The notes beneath the pieces were generated by a model. The model saw only the letters and a list, made by a program, of their open reading frames with translations, was not told the origin of the DNA and ran no database searches. 64,000 nt of DNA. Origin: Mobula hypostoma (taxonomy: Eukaryota). The stretch is from contig NC_086097.1 in assembly GCF_963921235.1 (NCBI RefSeq), positions 156,676,001 to 156,740,000 of the forward strand, in the 5' to 3' direction. The translations under genes and the position numbers were made by a program. This document shows, piece after piece, positions 37,115 to 49,665 of this stretch; position 1 is the first letter of the stretch, and each line of letters opens with the position of its first letter.

Positions 37115-39910
37115 CATAGAACATAGAACATAGAATAGTACAGCACAGTACAGGCCCTTTGGCCCACAATGTTCAACCCTTAACCCCTGCCTCCCATATA
37201 ACCCCCCACCTTAAATTCCTCCATATACCTGTCTAGTAGTCTCTTAAATTTAATTAGTGTATTTGCCTCCACCACTGACTCAGGCAGTGCATTCCATACA
37301 CCAACCACTCTCTGAGTAAAAATCCTTCCTCTAATATCCCCCTTGAACTTCCCACCCCTTACCGTAAAGCCATGTCCTCTTGTATTGAGCAGTGGTGCCC
37401 TGGGGAAGAGGCGCTGGCTGTTCACTCTATCTATTCCTCTTAATATCTTGTATACCTCTATCAAGTCTCTTCTCATCTTCCTTCTCTCCAAAGAGTAAAG
37501 CCCTAGCTCCCTTAATCTCTGATCATAATGCATACTCTCTAAACCAGGCAGCATCCTGGTAAATCTCCTCTGTATCCTTTCCAATGCTTCCACATCCTTC
37601 CTATAGTGAGGCGACCAGAACTGGACACAGTACTCCAAGTGTGGCTTAACCAGAGATTTATAGAGCTGCATCATTACCTTGCGACTCTGAAACTCTATCC
37701 CTCGACTTTTGAAAGCTAACATGCCATAAGCTTTCTTAACTACCCGATCCACCTGTGAGGCAACTTTCAAGGATCTGTGGACATGTATCCCCAGATCCCT
37801 CTGCTCCTCCACACTACCGAGTATCCTGCCATTTACTTTGTACTCTGCCTTGGAGTTTGTCCTTCCAAAGTGTATCACCTCACATTTCTCCAGGTTGAAC
37901 TTCATCTGCCACTTCTCTGCCCACTTCTGCATCCTATCAATGTCTCTCTGCAATCTTTGACAACCCTCTACACTATCTACAACACCACCAACCTTTGTGT
38001 CGTCTGCAAACTTGCCAACCCACCCTTCTACCCCCACATCCAGGTCGTTAATAAAAATCATGAAAAGTAGAGGTCCCAGAACAGAACCTTGTGGGACACC
38101 ACTAGTCACAATCCTCCAATCTGAATGTACTCCCTCCACCACCACCCTCTGCAGACCAATCCTGAATCCACCTGGCCAAACTTCCCTGGATCCCATGCCT
38201 TCTGACTTTCTGAATAAGCCAACTGTGTGGAAGTTGTCAAATGCCTTACTAAAATCCATGTAGATCACATCTATTGCACTACCCTCATCTATATGTCTGG
38301 TCACCTCCTCAAAGAACTCTATCAGGCTTGTTAGACACGATCTGCCCTTCATAAAGCCATGCTGACTGTCCCTGATCAGACCATGATTCTCTAAATGTCC
38401 ATAGATCCTATCTCTAAGAATCTTTTCCAACAGCTTTCCCACCACAGACGTAGGGTTCACTGGTCTATAATTACCCGGACTATCCCTACTACCTTTTATG
38501 AACAAGGCGACAACATTCGCTTCCTTCCAATCCTCCGGTACCATTCCCATGGACAACGAGGGCATAAGGATCCTAGCCAGAGGCTCAGCAATCTCTTTCT
38601 TCGCCTCGTGGAGCAGCCTGGGGAATATTCTGTCAGGCCCCGGGGACTTTTCCGTCCTATTGTATTTTAACAACTCCAACATCTCCTCTCCCTAATATCA
38701 ACATGCTCCAAAACATCAACCTCACTTATATTGTTCTCACCGTCATCAAGTTCCCCCTCATTGGTGAATACCGAAGAGAAGTATTCATTGAGGACCTCGC
38801 TCACTTCCACAGCCTCCAGGCACATCTTCCCACCTTTATCTCTAATCAGTTCTACCTTCACTCCTGTCTTCCTTTTGTTCTTCACATAATTGAAGAATGC
38901 CTTGGGGTTTTCCTGTACCCTACTCACCAAGGCCTTCTCATGCCCCCTTCTTGCTCTCCTCAGCCCCTTCTTAAGCTCCTTTCTTGCTTCCCTATATTCC
39001 TCAATAGGCCCATCTGATCCTTGCTTCCTAAACCTTATGTATGCTGCCTTCTTCCGCCTGACTAGATTTTCCACCTCACTTGTCACCCATGGTTCATTCA
39101 CCCTGCCATTCTTTATCTTCCTCACTGGGACAAATTTATCCCTAAGATCCTGCAAGATATCCCTAAATATCGACCACATGTCCATAGTAAATTTCCCTGC
39201 AAAAAAATCATCCCAATTCACACCTGCAAGTTCTAGCCTTATAGCCTCATAACTTGCCCTTCCCCAATTAAAAATTTTCCTGTCCTCCCTGATTCTATCC
39301 CTTTCCATGATAATGCTGAAGGCCAGGGAGTGGTGGTCACTGTCCCCCAGATGCTCACCCACTGAAAGATCTGTGACCTAACCCGGTTCATTACCTAATA
39401 CTAGATCTGGTATTGCATTCCCCCTAGTTCGCCTTTCAACATACTGTGACAGAAATCCATCCAGGACACACTTAACAAACTCAGCCCCGTCTAAACCATT
39501 TGAACTAATCAGGTGCCAATCAATATTAGGGAAGCTAAAGTCACCTGTGATAACAACCCTGATATTTTTGCACCTTTCCAAAATCTGCCTCCCAATCTGC
39601 TCCTCAGTATCTCTGCTGCTACCAGGGGGCCTATAGAATACTCCCAATAGAGTAACTGCTTGCTTCCTGTTCCTGACTCCCACCCATACTGACTCAAAAG
39701 AGGATCCTGCTACATTACCCACTGTTTCTGTAGCTGTAATAGTATCCCTGACCAGTAATTACACCCCCCCCTTCCCCCCCCCCATTCCTTTTAAAGCATT
39801 GAAATCCAGGAATATTGAGAATCCATTCCTGCCCTGGTGCCAGCCAAGTCTCTGTAATGGTCACTACAACATAATTCCATGTATGTATCCAAGCTCTCAG
39901 TTCATCACCT
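37115..39910 (-). mobile_element. CR1 LINE with nearly complete, frameshifted ORF2 and (TTCTATG)n tail
   Basis: ORFs 39378..39722 (GVFYRPP, TGDF), 38667..39362 (GDSDHH) and 37180..38682 (RT, KFADD). Tail catagaacatagaacatagaa. Confidence 0.96.
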
Positions 39911-41470
39911 TTCTTCTCTTGTTTGTGATTATGTTACATATGTACCCAAGGGGGACCAATATCCTTGCAGTGGGTTTGCTAGAGCTGTTGAAGATGGTTT
40001 AAACTAATCTGGTAGGGGAATGGGAAACTGAGTGATAGGCTGAGGATAGGCCTGTTGGTATAATACCAGATGCAGTGTGCAATGAGATTGTCAAGAAGGA
40101 CAGGCAAAAGATAGGGCAAAATTGCAGTCAGTGGGCTGAGTTGCAGAATAACACAGAGACAAAAATTTAAAAAGGTGACAAATATAGCCCTGTAGGTGTA
40201 ATATTTGAATGCACGCAGTATATGGAATAAGGTAGGTGATCTTGTAGTGCAGTTAGAGATTTGTGGGTATGGCGATGTGGGCATCACTGATCTGTGGCTG
40301 AAAGAAGATCATAGTTGGGGGCTTAACATCCAAAGATATAGATTGTAATGAAAGAACAGGCAGATAGGCAGAGGGAGATGGGGTGGCTCTGTTGGTAAAA
40401 AGTGAAATAAAATATTTAGAAAGAGTTAGCATAGGATCAGAAAATGTAAAATCCTTGTGGGTAGAGTTAAGATACTGCAAGGATAAAAAGACCCTGATGG
40501 GAGTTATATACAGCCCTCCGAACAGTAGCCAGGATGTGGGCTACAAATTACAATAGGAGATACAAAACACATGTCAAGAGGGCAACGTTACAATAGTCAT
40601 GTTTGATTTCAGTATGCAGATAGATTGGGAAAATTAGGTTTGTGCTGAATCCCAAAAGAGAGAATTTGTAAAATACATACGAGGTGGCTTTCTAGAGTAA
40701 CTTGAGGTTGAGCCCACTAGGGGAAAGGCAATTCTGGATTGGATGTTGTGTAATGAACCAGATTTGATTAGGGAGCTGAGCGTAAAGGAATCTTTTGAGG
40801 CAGTGATCATAATATAATGACTTCACCCAGCAATTTGAGAGGGAGAGAATAAAGTCAGATGCATCAGTATTACAGTGGGGTAAAGGTAATTGTAGAGTCA
40901 TAAGCAAAGAGCTGGCCATAGTTGATTGGAAGGGGATGCTATCATGGATAACAACAGAACAGCGAAGACTGGAGTCTCTGGGAGAAATTCAGAAGGTGCA
41001 GGATAGAAGTAGAAGGAGTTTTTCTAAAAGCGGGGGACACAACCTCGGTTGACCAAGGAAGTCAAAAACAACAGAAAATTCAAAGAGAGGGCATATAATA
41101 GAGCAAAAATTATTTTGAAGCTAGCTGATTGGAAAGCTTTAAAAAACAACAGAAGGCAACTGAAAAAGCCATAAGGAGAGAAAAGATGAAATATGAAGTT
41201 AAGCTCGGCAATGGAGTCATAGAGTAATCGAGTGGCACAGCACAGAAACAGGACCTTCGGCCCATCTAGTACGTGCTGAACAATTTAAACTCTCTAGTCC
41301 CATCGTCTGCTCTGGACCAAGCCATCCATAACCCTACTATCCATGTATCTATCCAAACTGTTAAGGCTGCCTAACGACATAAGAGTCCAGGGTATTACAG
41401 GAAAGATAATAGCATGGAGAGAGCACTGGCTGATTGGCAGGAAGCAAAGAGTGGGAGTAAAAGGAGCCTT

Positions 41471-41845
41471 ACACAAGGAAATCTGCAGATGCTGTAATTT
41501 CAAGCAACACACATAAGAGTTGCTGGTAAACACAGCAGGCCAGGCAGCATCTATTGGAAGAGGTACAGTCAACGTTTCGGGCCGAGACCCTTCGTCAGGA
41601 CTAACTGAAGGAAGAGCTAGTAAGAGATTTGAAAGTGGGAGGGGGAGGGGGAGATCCAAAATGATAGGAGAAGACAGGAGGGGGAGGGATGGAGCCAAGA
41701 GCTGGACAGTTGATTGGCAAAGGGGATATGAGAGGAACCTAGGACGGGAGGCCTAGGGAGAAAGAAAAGAGGAGGGGTGAAGCCCAGAGGATAGGCAAGG
41801 AATATAGTGAGAGGGATAGAGGGAGAAAAAAGAGAGAGAGAAAAA
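41471..41845 (-). mobile_element. Penelope 3' repeat nested in CR1
   Basis: Reverse-complement match to the 3' region of the 3133 and 10601 copies. Confidence 0.92.
41567..41602 (-). ncRNA. Minimal hammerhead ribozyme motif (best-preserved copy)
   Basis: Minus strand AGTC-CTGACGA-AGGGTCTCGGCCC-GAAA-CGTT-GACT. Confidence 0.82.
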
Positions 41846-41866
41846 GACCACCTTTTTTAAATTATA

Positions 41867-42486
41867 CGAGGGGTGATTGATAAGTTTGTGGCCTAAGGTA
41901 CAAGGAGTCAATTTTAGAAAACCTAGTATATTTAGTTTTCAACATAGTCCCCTCCTACATTTACACACTTAGTCCAGCGGTCGTGGAGCATACGGATCCC
42001 TTCTTTGTAGAAGTGGTCCACAGCAGGGGTGATTGATAAGTTGGTGGCCTAGGTAGAAGGAGATAAGTTATTAACTTCCAACTTTCTGCATAATCACTCA
42101 AGAGTTGCACTGCGCATGCATGTGCCAAGAGCATCTTGGACCTCCTGGTGGTCCATAGCAGGGGTGATTGATGAGTTCGTGGCTTTAGGTAGAAGGTGAT
42201 GAGATATACAGCTCTTGTTACACGCACGTGCAGTTCAACTCTTTGAGTGAAAATGCAGAATGTTTGAAGTTAATAACTCATCTTCTTCTACTTTAGGCCA
42301 CGAACTTATCAATCACCTCTGCTGTGGACCACCTCTGGAGGTCCAAGGCACCGACTTCTACAAAGAAGGGATCTGTAGGCTTCACGACTGCTGGACTAAG
42401 TGTGTAAATGTAGGAAAAATAAACGTGCTAAGTTTTCCAAATTGACTCCTTCTACCTTGGGCCACGAACTTATCAATCACCCCTCG
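41867..42486. mobile_element. Mariner-derived fold-back MITE, copy 2 (expanded)
   Basis: TA-CGAGGGGTGATTGATAAG...CTTATCAATCACCCCTCG-TA. The left arm on the minus strand encodes FYKEGIRMLHDRWTKCVNVGGDYVEN*. Confidence 0.92.
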
Positions 42487-45400
42487 TATGTCAATGATTT
42501 GGATGATGGAATTGAAGGCACTGTCACCAAGTTTGCGGATAATATGAAAATAGGTGGCGGGGAAGATAGAGTTGAGAAAGTGGGGCGACTGCAGAAGGAT
42601 GTAGACAGACTAGGAGAATGGACAAAAAGTAGCAGATTGAAGTGTACGGCCATGCACTTTGGAAGAAGGAGCAAAAGCGTAGATTATATTCTAAACTGAC
42701 AGAAAATTCCAAGGTGTCAAGGTACTTGGAAGTCCTCATGCAGGATCTCCTAAGGGATAACTTGCAGACTGAGTCGATGGCGAGGAAGGCAAATGTATTG
42801 TTAGCATTCATTTTGCGAGGACTGGAATATAAAAGCAAGGATGTAATGCTAAGGCTTTATAAGGCACTGCTGAGGCCTCATTTGGAGTATTGTGTGCAGT
42901 TTTTGGCCTCTTATCTAAGAAAAGATGTGCTGACTTTGGACAGGGTTCTGAGGAGGTTCACAAAACTGATTTCAGGAATGAAAGAATTATCATAGGAGGA
43001 ACATTTGATGGTTCTGGGCCTACACTCACTGGAATTTAGAAGAATGGGGATGGATCTCACTGAACCCCATCAAATGTTTAAAGACCAAAATAGAGTGGAT
43101 CAGGAGAGGACGCTTCCTATAGTAGGGTAGTCTAGATCAGAGGGAACAGCTTCAGAATAGAGGAATGTCCATTTGGAATGGAGTTGAGAGGAATTTCTCT
43201 AGCCAGAGGGTGGTGAATCTGTGGAATTCATTGCCACAGGTGGTGTGGAAGCCAGGTTGTTATGTGTATTTAATGCAGAAGTTGATAAGTGCTTGATTAG
43301 TTAGGACGTGAAAGGTTATGGGGAAGAATCAGGAATATGGGGTTGGGAGAGAAAATGGATCAATCATGATGAAATGGCAGAGGAAACTTGATGCGTTGGA
43401 TGGCCTAATTCTACTCCTTCCTCTTATGAGCTTATGGTCTTATTCCTCTCTGTGTGGCCTCCAAAGAAACCTATTATAAGCGAAATGTTTTGTTTATTTG
43501 GTAACAAATAGACTGAATTTAGCCAATCTCTACTACATAAACCATTCCAGACACAATATTCTCATCTCAAGAGAATTCTCATTCTAATGAGACAGATTCT
43601 TATCACCTCTCCTTATTTTAAACTTTTAGGATCATTCATTCTTTCTAAAACTACCCAGAATATAGTGTGTAGCTGAAAATTGTGTTACCATGGAGTAGAA
43701 CTGGATGACAAACATGACTTCTGACTAAAACACTGTACTACTGTAAAAGTGCTTTAATGTTGCCTGCAATAGCACAACTCACAAATGTCTCTGACTTCTC
43801 ATCTTTCTTTTCCAGTCCTGATGAAGGATCTCAGCCTAAAATATTGATTGTTTACTCTTTTTCCATAGATGCTGTCTGCTGACCTCCTCCAGCATTTTGT
43901 GTGTGTTGCTTGGAATCTATGACAGCATATTTTCTTATGTTTGTCACAAATGTCCATCTTCATTAATCCAAATAAATGTCAGTTCTGTTTTTCTTATAGT
44001 GCAATATACTTTCATTGACTGTTTCCTCTGCTATCTGAGGTTGTATTCAATATATATGCTTTAACACATTGCTCCAGAGCATCCTGTTGTCTAACTGTTT
44101 TCCCCAGCAATTAACCTTTCTTACATCTTTGACACCTTTTCCACACTGATTTGCAGTAAAGAGTTGCCAGTAACTAAGCTCTCTTGTCATGTGGTAAGGA
44201 GATGAATCAGGGACATTATTACAACACAAACAAAATGCTGGAGGAACTCAGCAAGCCAGGTAGCATCTAGGAAAAGAGTACAGTCGACAGTGTTAGAGTG
44301 AGTTTTTGGGTAGATGATTCATTTACATTTAAGTGGCTTTGGCCACCAGTCTTCTGTTTGACAAAGTACTGTGGATTGAGTTCACAACAATCATCATCAT
44401 CATCATCATCAGGTGCCATGCCCAGTTTGAGCTTTGACTGCCGTGGCCCACACACTCCTGTTTCGGGTCAAGTGGATCAATTCATTGGTATTCATTTCCA
44501 GTTCTCTGGCTGCTGTCTCCATCATCATTTGTCTTTGTCTTCCTCTTGCTTTCTTCCCTTCAATCTTTCCCATAATTACCATGCATTCTAACTCCTCTTT
44601 CCTCATCACAGGTTCAATGAAGTTACGTTGCCTTTCATGATCTCATACATTATTTCTCCTTTTGTGTTTGCTCTGTTCATAACATCCTTGTTAGATATTC
44701 GTTTCGTCCATGATATTCTTTGCATCCTCCTCAAAAACCACATCTCTGCTGTTTCAATTCGTTTCCTCATGTTACTAGATATTGTCCAACATTCTGAGCT
44801 GTATAACATAACTGGATAAATGTAACATTTCAGTACTCTGAGGCGGGTTGTCATGCCTAGTTTAGTATTGGTCAGAATACTCTTCATTCTCGCAAAGGTG
44901 TCTTTTGCCATCCCTATTCTTCTTTTGATGTCCATGTCACACCTGCCATCTGATCTTACCCAGCTTCCTAAGTAGCAAAAGTTCTGTACATGTTTTATGC
45001 GTTCCTCATTTATTCTCAGCCTGCAGATAGGATTCTTCTTCCTTTTGGATATCATCATACATTCTGTCTTTTTGCAATTGATAGATAGACCCAATGTTTG
45101 CACTTTCTTCAACAACTATATCAATTAAGTTTTGTAGTTCTTCCTCTGTGCTTGCAATTAACACCATGTCATCTGCATATCTGAAATTATTGATGTTTTC
45201 ACCTCCAACTTTGATTCCCAAGATGTCCCATATTTCTTGTAATATTGTTTCACTGTACACAGTAAATAAATCAGGCGAGAAAACATACCCTTGTCTAACA
45301 CCTGTCTTGACGTTCGTAAACTGACTCACTTCTCCATCTATTCTTACAGCGGCAGTTTGTTCCCAGTACAGATTTCTGATTAGGCGGAGGTCTTTCTAAT

Positions 45401-46060
45401 CTAGATCTAGAGTTTTCTGTAATATTTAAAATAACTTATTGTGCTTCACTTTATCAAATATTTGTGTGTAGTCGATAAAACAAACAATCTTTTTGCACTT
45501 GAATAGCTCATTCTGATAGTATCCTTAACATCAATATTGCATTTCTTGTACCCTTGTCTTTCACAAAAACATATTGTTCTTTACCTATTTCAGTTTGTGT
45601 CTTACTTTTAGCTCTTGTCATCAAAATTCTTAGAAGTATCTTGGTGATATGACTCATTAAACTTATTGTCCTAAGTAATTCACATTCTATTGCTCCAGCT
45701 TTCTTAGGAAGAGTGATAAATATTGATTTTTTCATCTCTTCTGGTATTATTCCAGTGTCATAAATGTCATTGATTAAATCAGTAAGTTTTTCAATTCCAT
45801 TATCTTCAAAGGCGATAATTTGTTCTATTACTAATTCATCAGGACCTGCTACCTTTCCTTTCTTCATCTTATTTATTGCGTTATGAACTTCAGATTTTAA
45901 AATACTTGGACCTTCAATATTTTTCTTAATTTCTGGTTTTTCACCTCAATCGTCTTCAAACAATTCTTGAATATACTCAGTCCATCTGTTCATAATCCCA
46001 TCTTTTTCCATGATAATGGTACCGTCCTTTGCTATCAAGCGTCCACCTGAAGAACAGAGG

Positions 46061-46194
46061 CAACATACATAAAAGTTTCTGGTGAATGCAGCAGGCCAGG
46101 CAACATCTCTAGGAAGAGGTACAGTCGACCTTTCGGGCCAAGACCCTTCATCAGGACTAACTGAAAGAAGAGCTAGTATTTGCCCATGTTTGCG
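46061..46194 (-). mobile_element. Short Penelope 3' repeat inserted into the RTE
   Basis: 13-bp TSD TGAAGAACAGAGG at 46048-46060 and 46195-46207. Confidence 0.92.
46123..46158 (-). ncRNA. Minimal hammerhead motif with mutated stem III
   Basis: Minus strand AGTC-CTGATGA-AGGGTCTTGGCCC-GAAA-GGTC-GACT. Confidence 0.65.
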
Positions 46195-47962
46195 TGAAGA
46201 ACAGAGGGGCTTTTTACCAGTGATATTCTTGATTTGTTGATGTAACCTTTTTGGATCAGTAATAGGGATTCTTTCTATTTGCTCACATTCCTGGTTTAAC
46301 CATTCTTCTTTGGCTTTTTGACATAAGCTTTTAACTTTTTTTATCTAAGGATTTATATTCTATAGGATTTGCTTTTTTCTGTATCCTTTCTTCCATTAGA
46401 TTTTTGATTTCATCTGTCATCCATTTATTCTTTGCGCTTATTTTCCTTTTTAGGAATCACTGACTTTGCTGATTCCACCAAGGCATCCTTTAGAGAGGTA
46501 AATTTCATTTCTACATGATTGCTATCATCTTCAACAGATTCTATTTCTAGACTTTGAAATCTATTCCTTACTTAATTGTAAAGTTTTGTCTTAAGTTTTC
46601 TTCTTCAGTTAATTGCAAGTAGTCAAGGGATTGTTCATGCTTTCGCTTCTTTAGTTTTTTAAAATTTACTTTGACATGACATACTACTGGGTATGGTCAC
46701 TATTACAGACTGCAGCTGGATATGTTTTGCATTGAGTCACTGAGTTTCTAAATCTGTGGTTTATAGTAATAAAGTCAACTTGATTTCTGGTGTTATCACC
46801 TGGACTTTTCCAGGTCCACAAGCTTCTTAGATGGTTTTTAAAGTAGGTATTCATAACGACCTGATTATTCATCTTGCACCATTCTACCCATTTCTCACCT
46901 CTTTCATTTCTTTCCCCGAGTCCAAATTTTCCTATGGTATTTCCATCAGCACCTTGTCCTACTTTAGCATTTAGATCTCCCATGACAAGAACAATATCTT
47001 GAGATTTGCATCCATTCTTTGCTTGTTGAAGGTCTTCATGGAATTTATCTATATCCTCATTTGTTCCATCTGTTGTTGGTGCATATACCTATATAGTTGC
47101 TAAATCAACAGGTTGTCTAACAAGGAGCACTCTTTCTGATATTGCCCAATGTCCTAAAACACTTTTTGCCATGTTTTCATCCATAAGCATTCCTACTCCA
47201 TTAGTATGGGATGTTCCACAAGAATAAATTAGTGTTTTATTTCTATCCTGACATGTTCCAGCACCTATCCAACGAACTACACTAATTCCCATGATGTTAT
47301 TCTTTAGTCTTTCCATTTCATTTATCACATTGTCTAATCTTCCTGCTTGATATAGGGTTCTTACATTCCAAGTGGCAATAATTTTCTTTTGTGTTTGAAT
47401 TTTATGAGCAGTGGCTTGATGATGGTCGGAGATCCCCTGCTGCCCAGAATCAACCTTACCGAGTGAAGCAGCTTCAGAATTGTCTTGAAGATCCTCTTGA
47501 TGCTGTTGTTGTGTGATACATTTTGTGGGTTTGACCATGGTTTTCTTAACAAATAGATTCTAGGAAACCTAGTATCTAGCAACGGTGGTTTGCTATTGCC
47601 TACCGTTGGGCGAACTAAAGAAATTGCCATTTCTCTTCCCAAATGTTTATCTGTCTGTACTATAGCCGTTGGCATTTGAGGTCCTAGCTCATCAGCCTTC
47701 TCCATCATAAGTTCAGTTACTGAACCTGCCGGATCTGCCGTTGGCCTTCGCTCGTATCCTGAGCTGGAACCCTTGCAGATGCTACCGTTTGGGGTCAGAG
47801 TGGCCCTGGGAGCAATGACTAAGGGGTAACTCCACTTTCCCCAAAGCTCTGAAAGTCCCTGATCAGAGCCTCATCACCAGTTGCAGATTAAAGTCATACC
47901 CAGGACCTTGCATTACAACAATGCATTTCCTAAAAGCTGTGAATATCAGAATACTAGCCAGA

Positions 47963-48399
47963 TGCTGTGGATGGAAGTGTGACGTTTACAGGTAGCGTCA
48001 AAGACAGCCTTATCTATACTTTATAAACATTAATTGTCCTCTATGTTAGCACGTAAAATACCAAATAAATATATTGTGGATGTAACTTGCACTCCTAAAG
48101 GCTGTGAGTACCAACCCAGACATGTTGGCGTCGGGCGGAAAGGAGAAGGAGAAGGTGTGATGTTTTGTATGTAGCTTCAAAAGGAAGCATTGTCTATGCA
48201 TTGTCTATAACTTTGTAAATAACAATTGCCCTTTGTGTTTAGCATATAAATATCGAGCCCACATTGGTCTAGCAGACCTTTCTACTGAGAGCATCTCTGT
48301 CCATATGATGCTTGTTGTACCTTGTTTTGTCGAGTAAAGAAGCTGCTTTGTATCTACCAGTGACTCTGTCTCTCTGGTGATTTCATCCACGCTACTACA
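47963..48399 (+). mobile_element. LTR-like sequence, left boundary unresolved
   Basis: TATAAA near 48245, AGTAAA near 48333 and a ...CTACTACA end. No convincing TSD. Confidence 0.45.
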
Positions 48400-48404
48400 G
48401 ACAG

Positions 48405-49665
48405 CTTGGGCCAAAACCTTTCAGCAGGACTGGAAAATAAAGTTAGGGAGTAGATTTAAACAGTGGGGGGAGGAGAGAGAGAAACGCAAGGTGACAGTTG
48501 AAACCTGTAGGGGGAAGGATGAAGTAAAGGCCGGAAATTTGATTGGTGAAAGAGGCAGAAGACCATTGAAGAAAGAAAAGGAAGGAGGAGCACTGGAAGA
48601 GATGATGGTTGGGCAAGGAGATAAGGTGAGAGAGGGAAAAGAGGATGGGAAATGGTGAAGGTGGGGGGGCGGTGGAAGGCATTACCAGAAGTTGGAGAAA
48701 ATGATGTTCATACTATCAGGTTAGAGGCTACCCAAATGGAAATAAGATGTCCTTCAACCTAAGTGTGGCCTCATCATGACAGAGGAGGAGGCCATGGACG
48801 GACACATTGGAGTGGGAATGGGAAGTGGAAATAAGTGGGTGGCCACTGGCAGTTCTCACTTTATCTTGCAGATGGAGTGTAGGTGCTCAGTGAACCCGTC
48901 TCCCAATCTATGTTGGGTCTCACCAACATACGGGAGGCTACATCGGGAGCACAAAACACAGTGTATGACCCCAACAGACTAACAGGTGACATGTCGCATC
49001 ACCTGGAAGGATTGCTTAGGTCCTGAATGGTAGTGAGGGAGGAGGATTAGGGGCAGGTGTAGTAATTGTTCCGCTTGCAAGGATAAATGCCAAGAGGGAG
49101 ATCAGTGGAGAGGGACAAGGGAGTCATTTAGGGATAGGTCCCTACGGAAAGCAGAAAGTGGAAGGGAGGGAAAGATGTACTTGGTGGTGGGATCCCACTG
49201 GAGATAGAGGAGGTTTTGGACAAGGAGACTGGTGGCGTGGTAGGTGAGGACAAGAGGAACCCTATCCCTGGTAGGGTAGTGGAAGGATGGGGTAAGGGCA
49301 GATGTGTGTGAAAAGGAAGTGATGCGTTTGACAGCAGCATTGATGGTGCCTTCCCCACCGCCCTCCCAATCCTTCACAATCTCCCATTCCCTTTTCTCTC
49401 TCGCACCTCATCTCCTTGCCTGCCTATCACTTCCCTCTGGTGCTCCTCCCCTCTTTTTTCTTTCTTCCATGGCCTTCTGTCTCTTTCACCAATCAACTTC
49501 CCAGCTCTTTACCTCATCCCTTCTCCTCCAGGTTTCACCAATCACCTAGTGTTACTCTGTCCCTTCCCCCCACCTCTTAAATCTACTCCCTAGCTTTTTT
49601 CTCCAGTCCAGCATTTTGTGCGTGTTGCTCAGATTTCCAGCATCTGCAGATGTTCTCTTGTTTGT
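48405..49665. mobile_element. Degenerate Penelope: minus-strand body (to about 49347) joined to a plus-strand 3' tail
   Basis: Minus ORF RVPLVLTYH...DPTTKYIFP. The 3' repeat is present at both outer ends in opposite orientation. Confidence 0.8.

Larger units (their letters stand above)
39940..43442 (+). mobile_element. Old CR1 (ORF1 end, ORF2, 3' UTR) carrying three nested insertions and internal deletions
   Basis: YLNARSI.NKV endonuclease start near 40200, YVNDLDDG..KFAD after 42487, HLEYCVQF and tail cttatggtctta. Confidence 0.85.
44392..47912 (-). mobile_element. Full-length RTE-clade LINE, single ORF (APE endonuclease plus RT), frameshifted
   Basis: IATWNVRTL, MGDLNAKVG, SDH, RTISLMSH, GVRQG..SP.LF, RYADD and F.YLGS motifs. 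(GAT)n tail. TSD ACAACAAT at 44384-44391 and 47915-47922. Confidence 0.93.
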
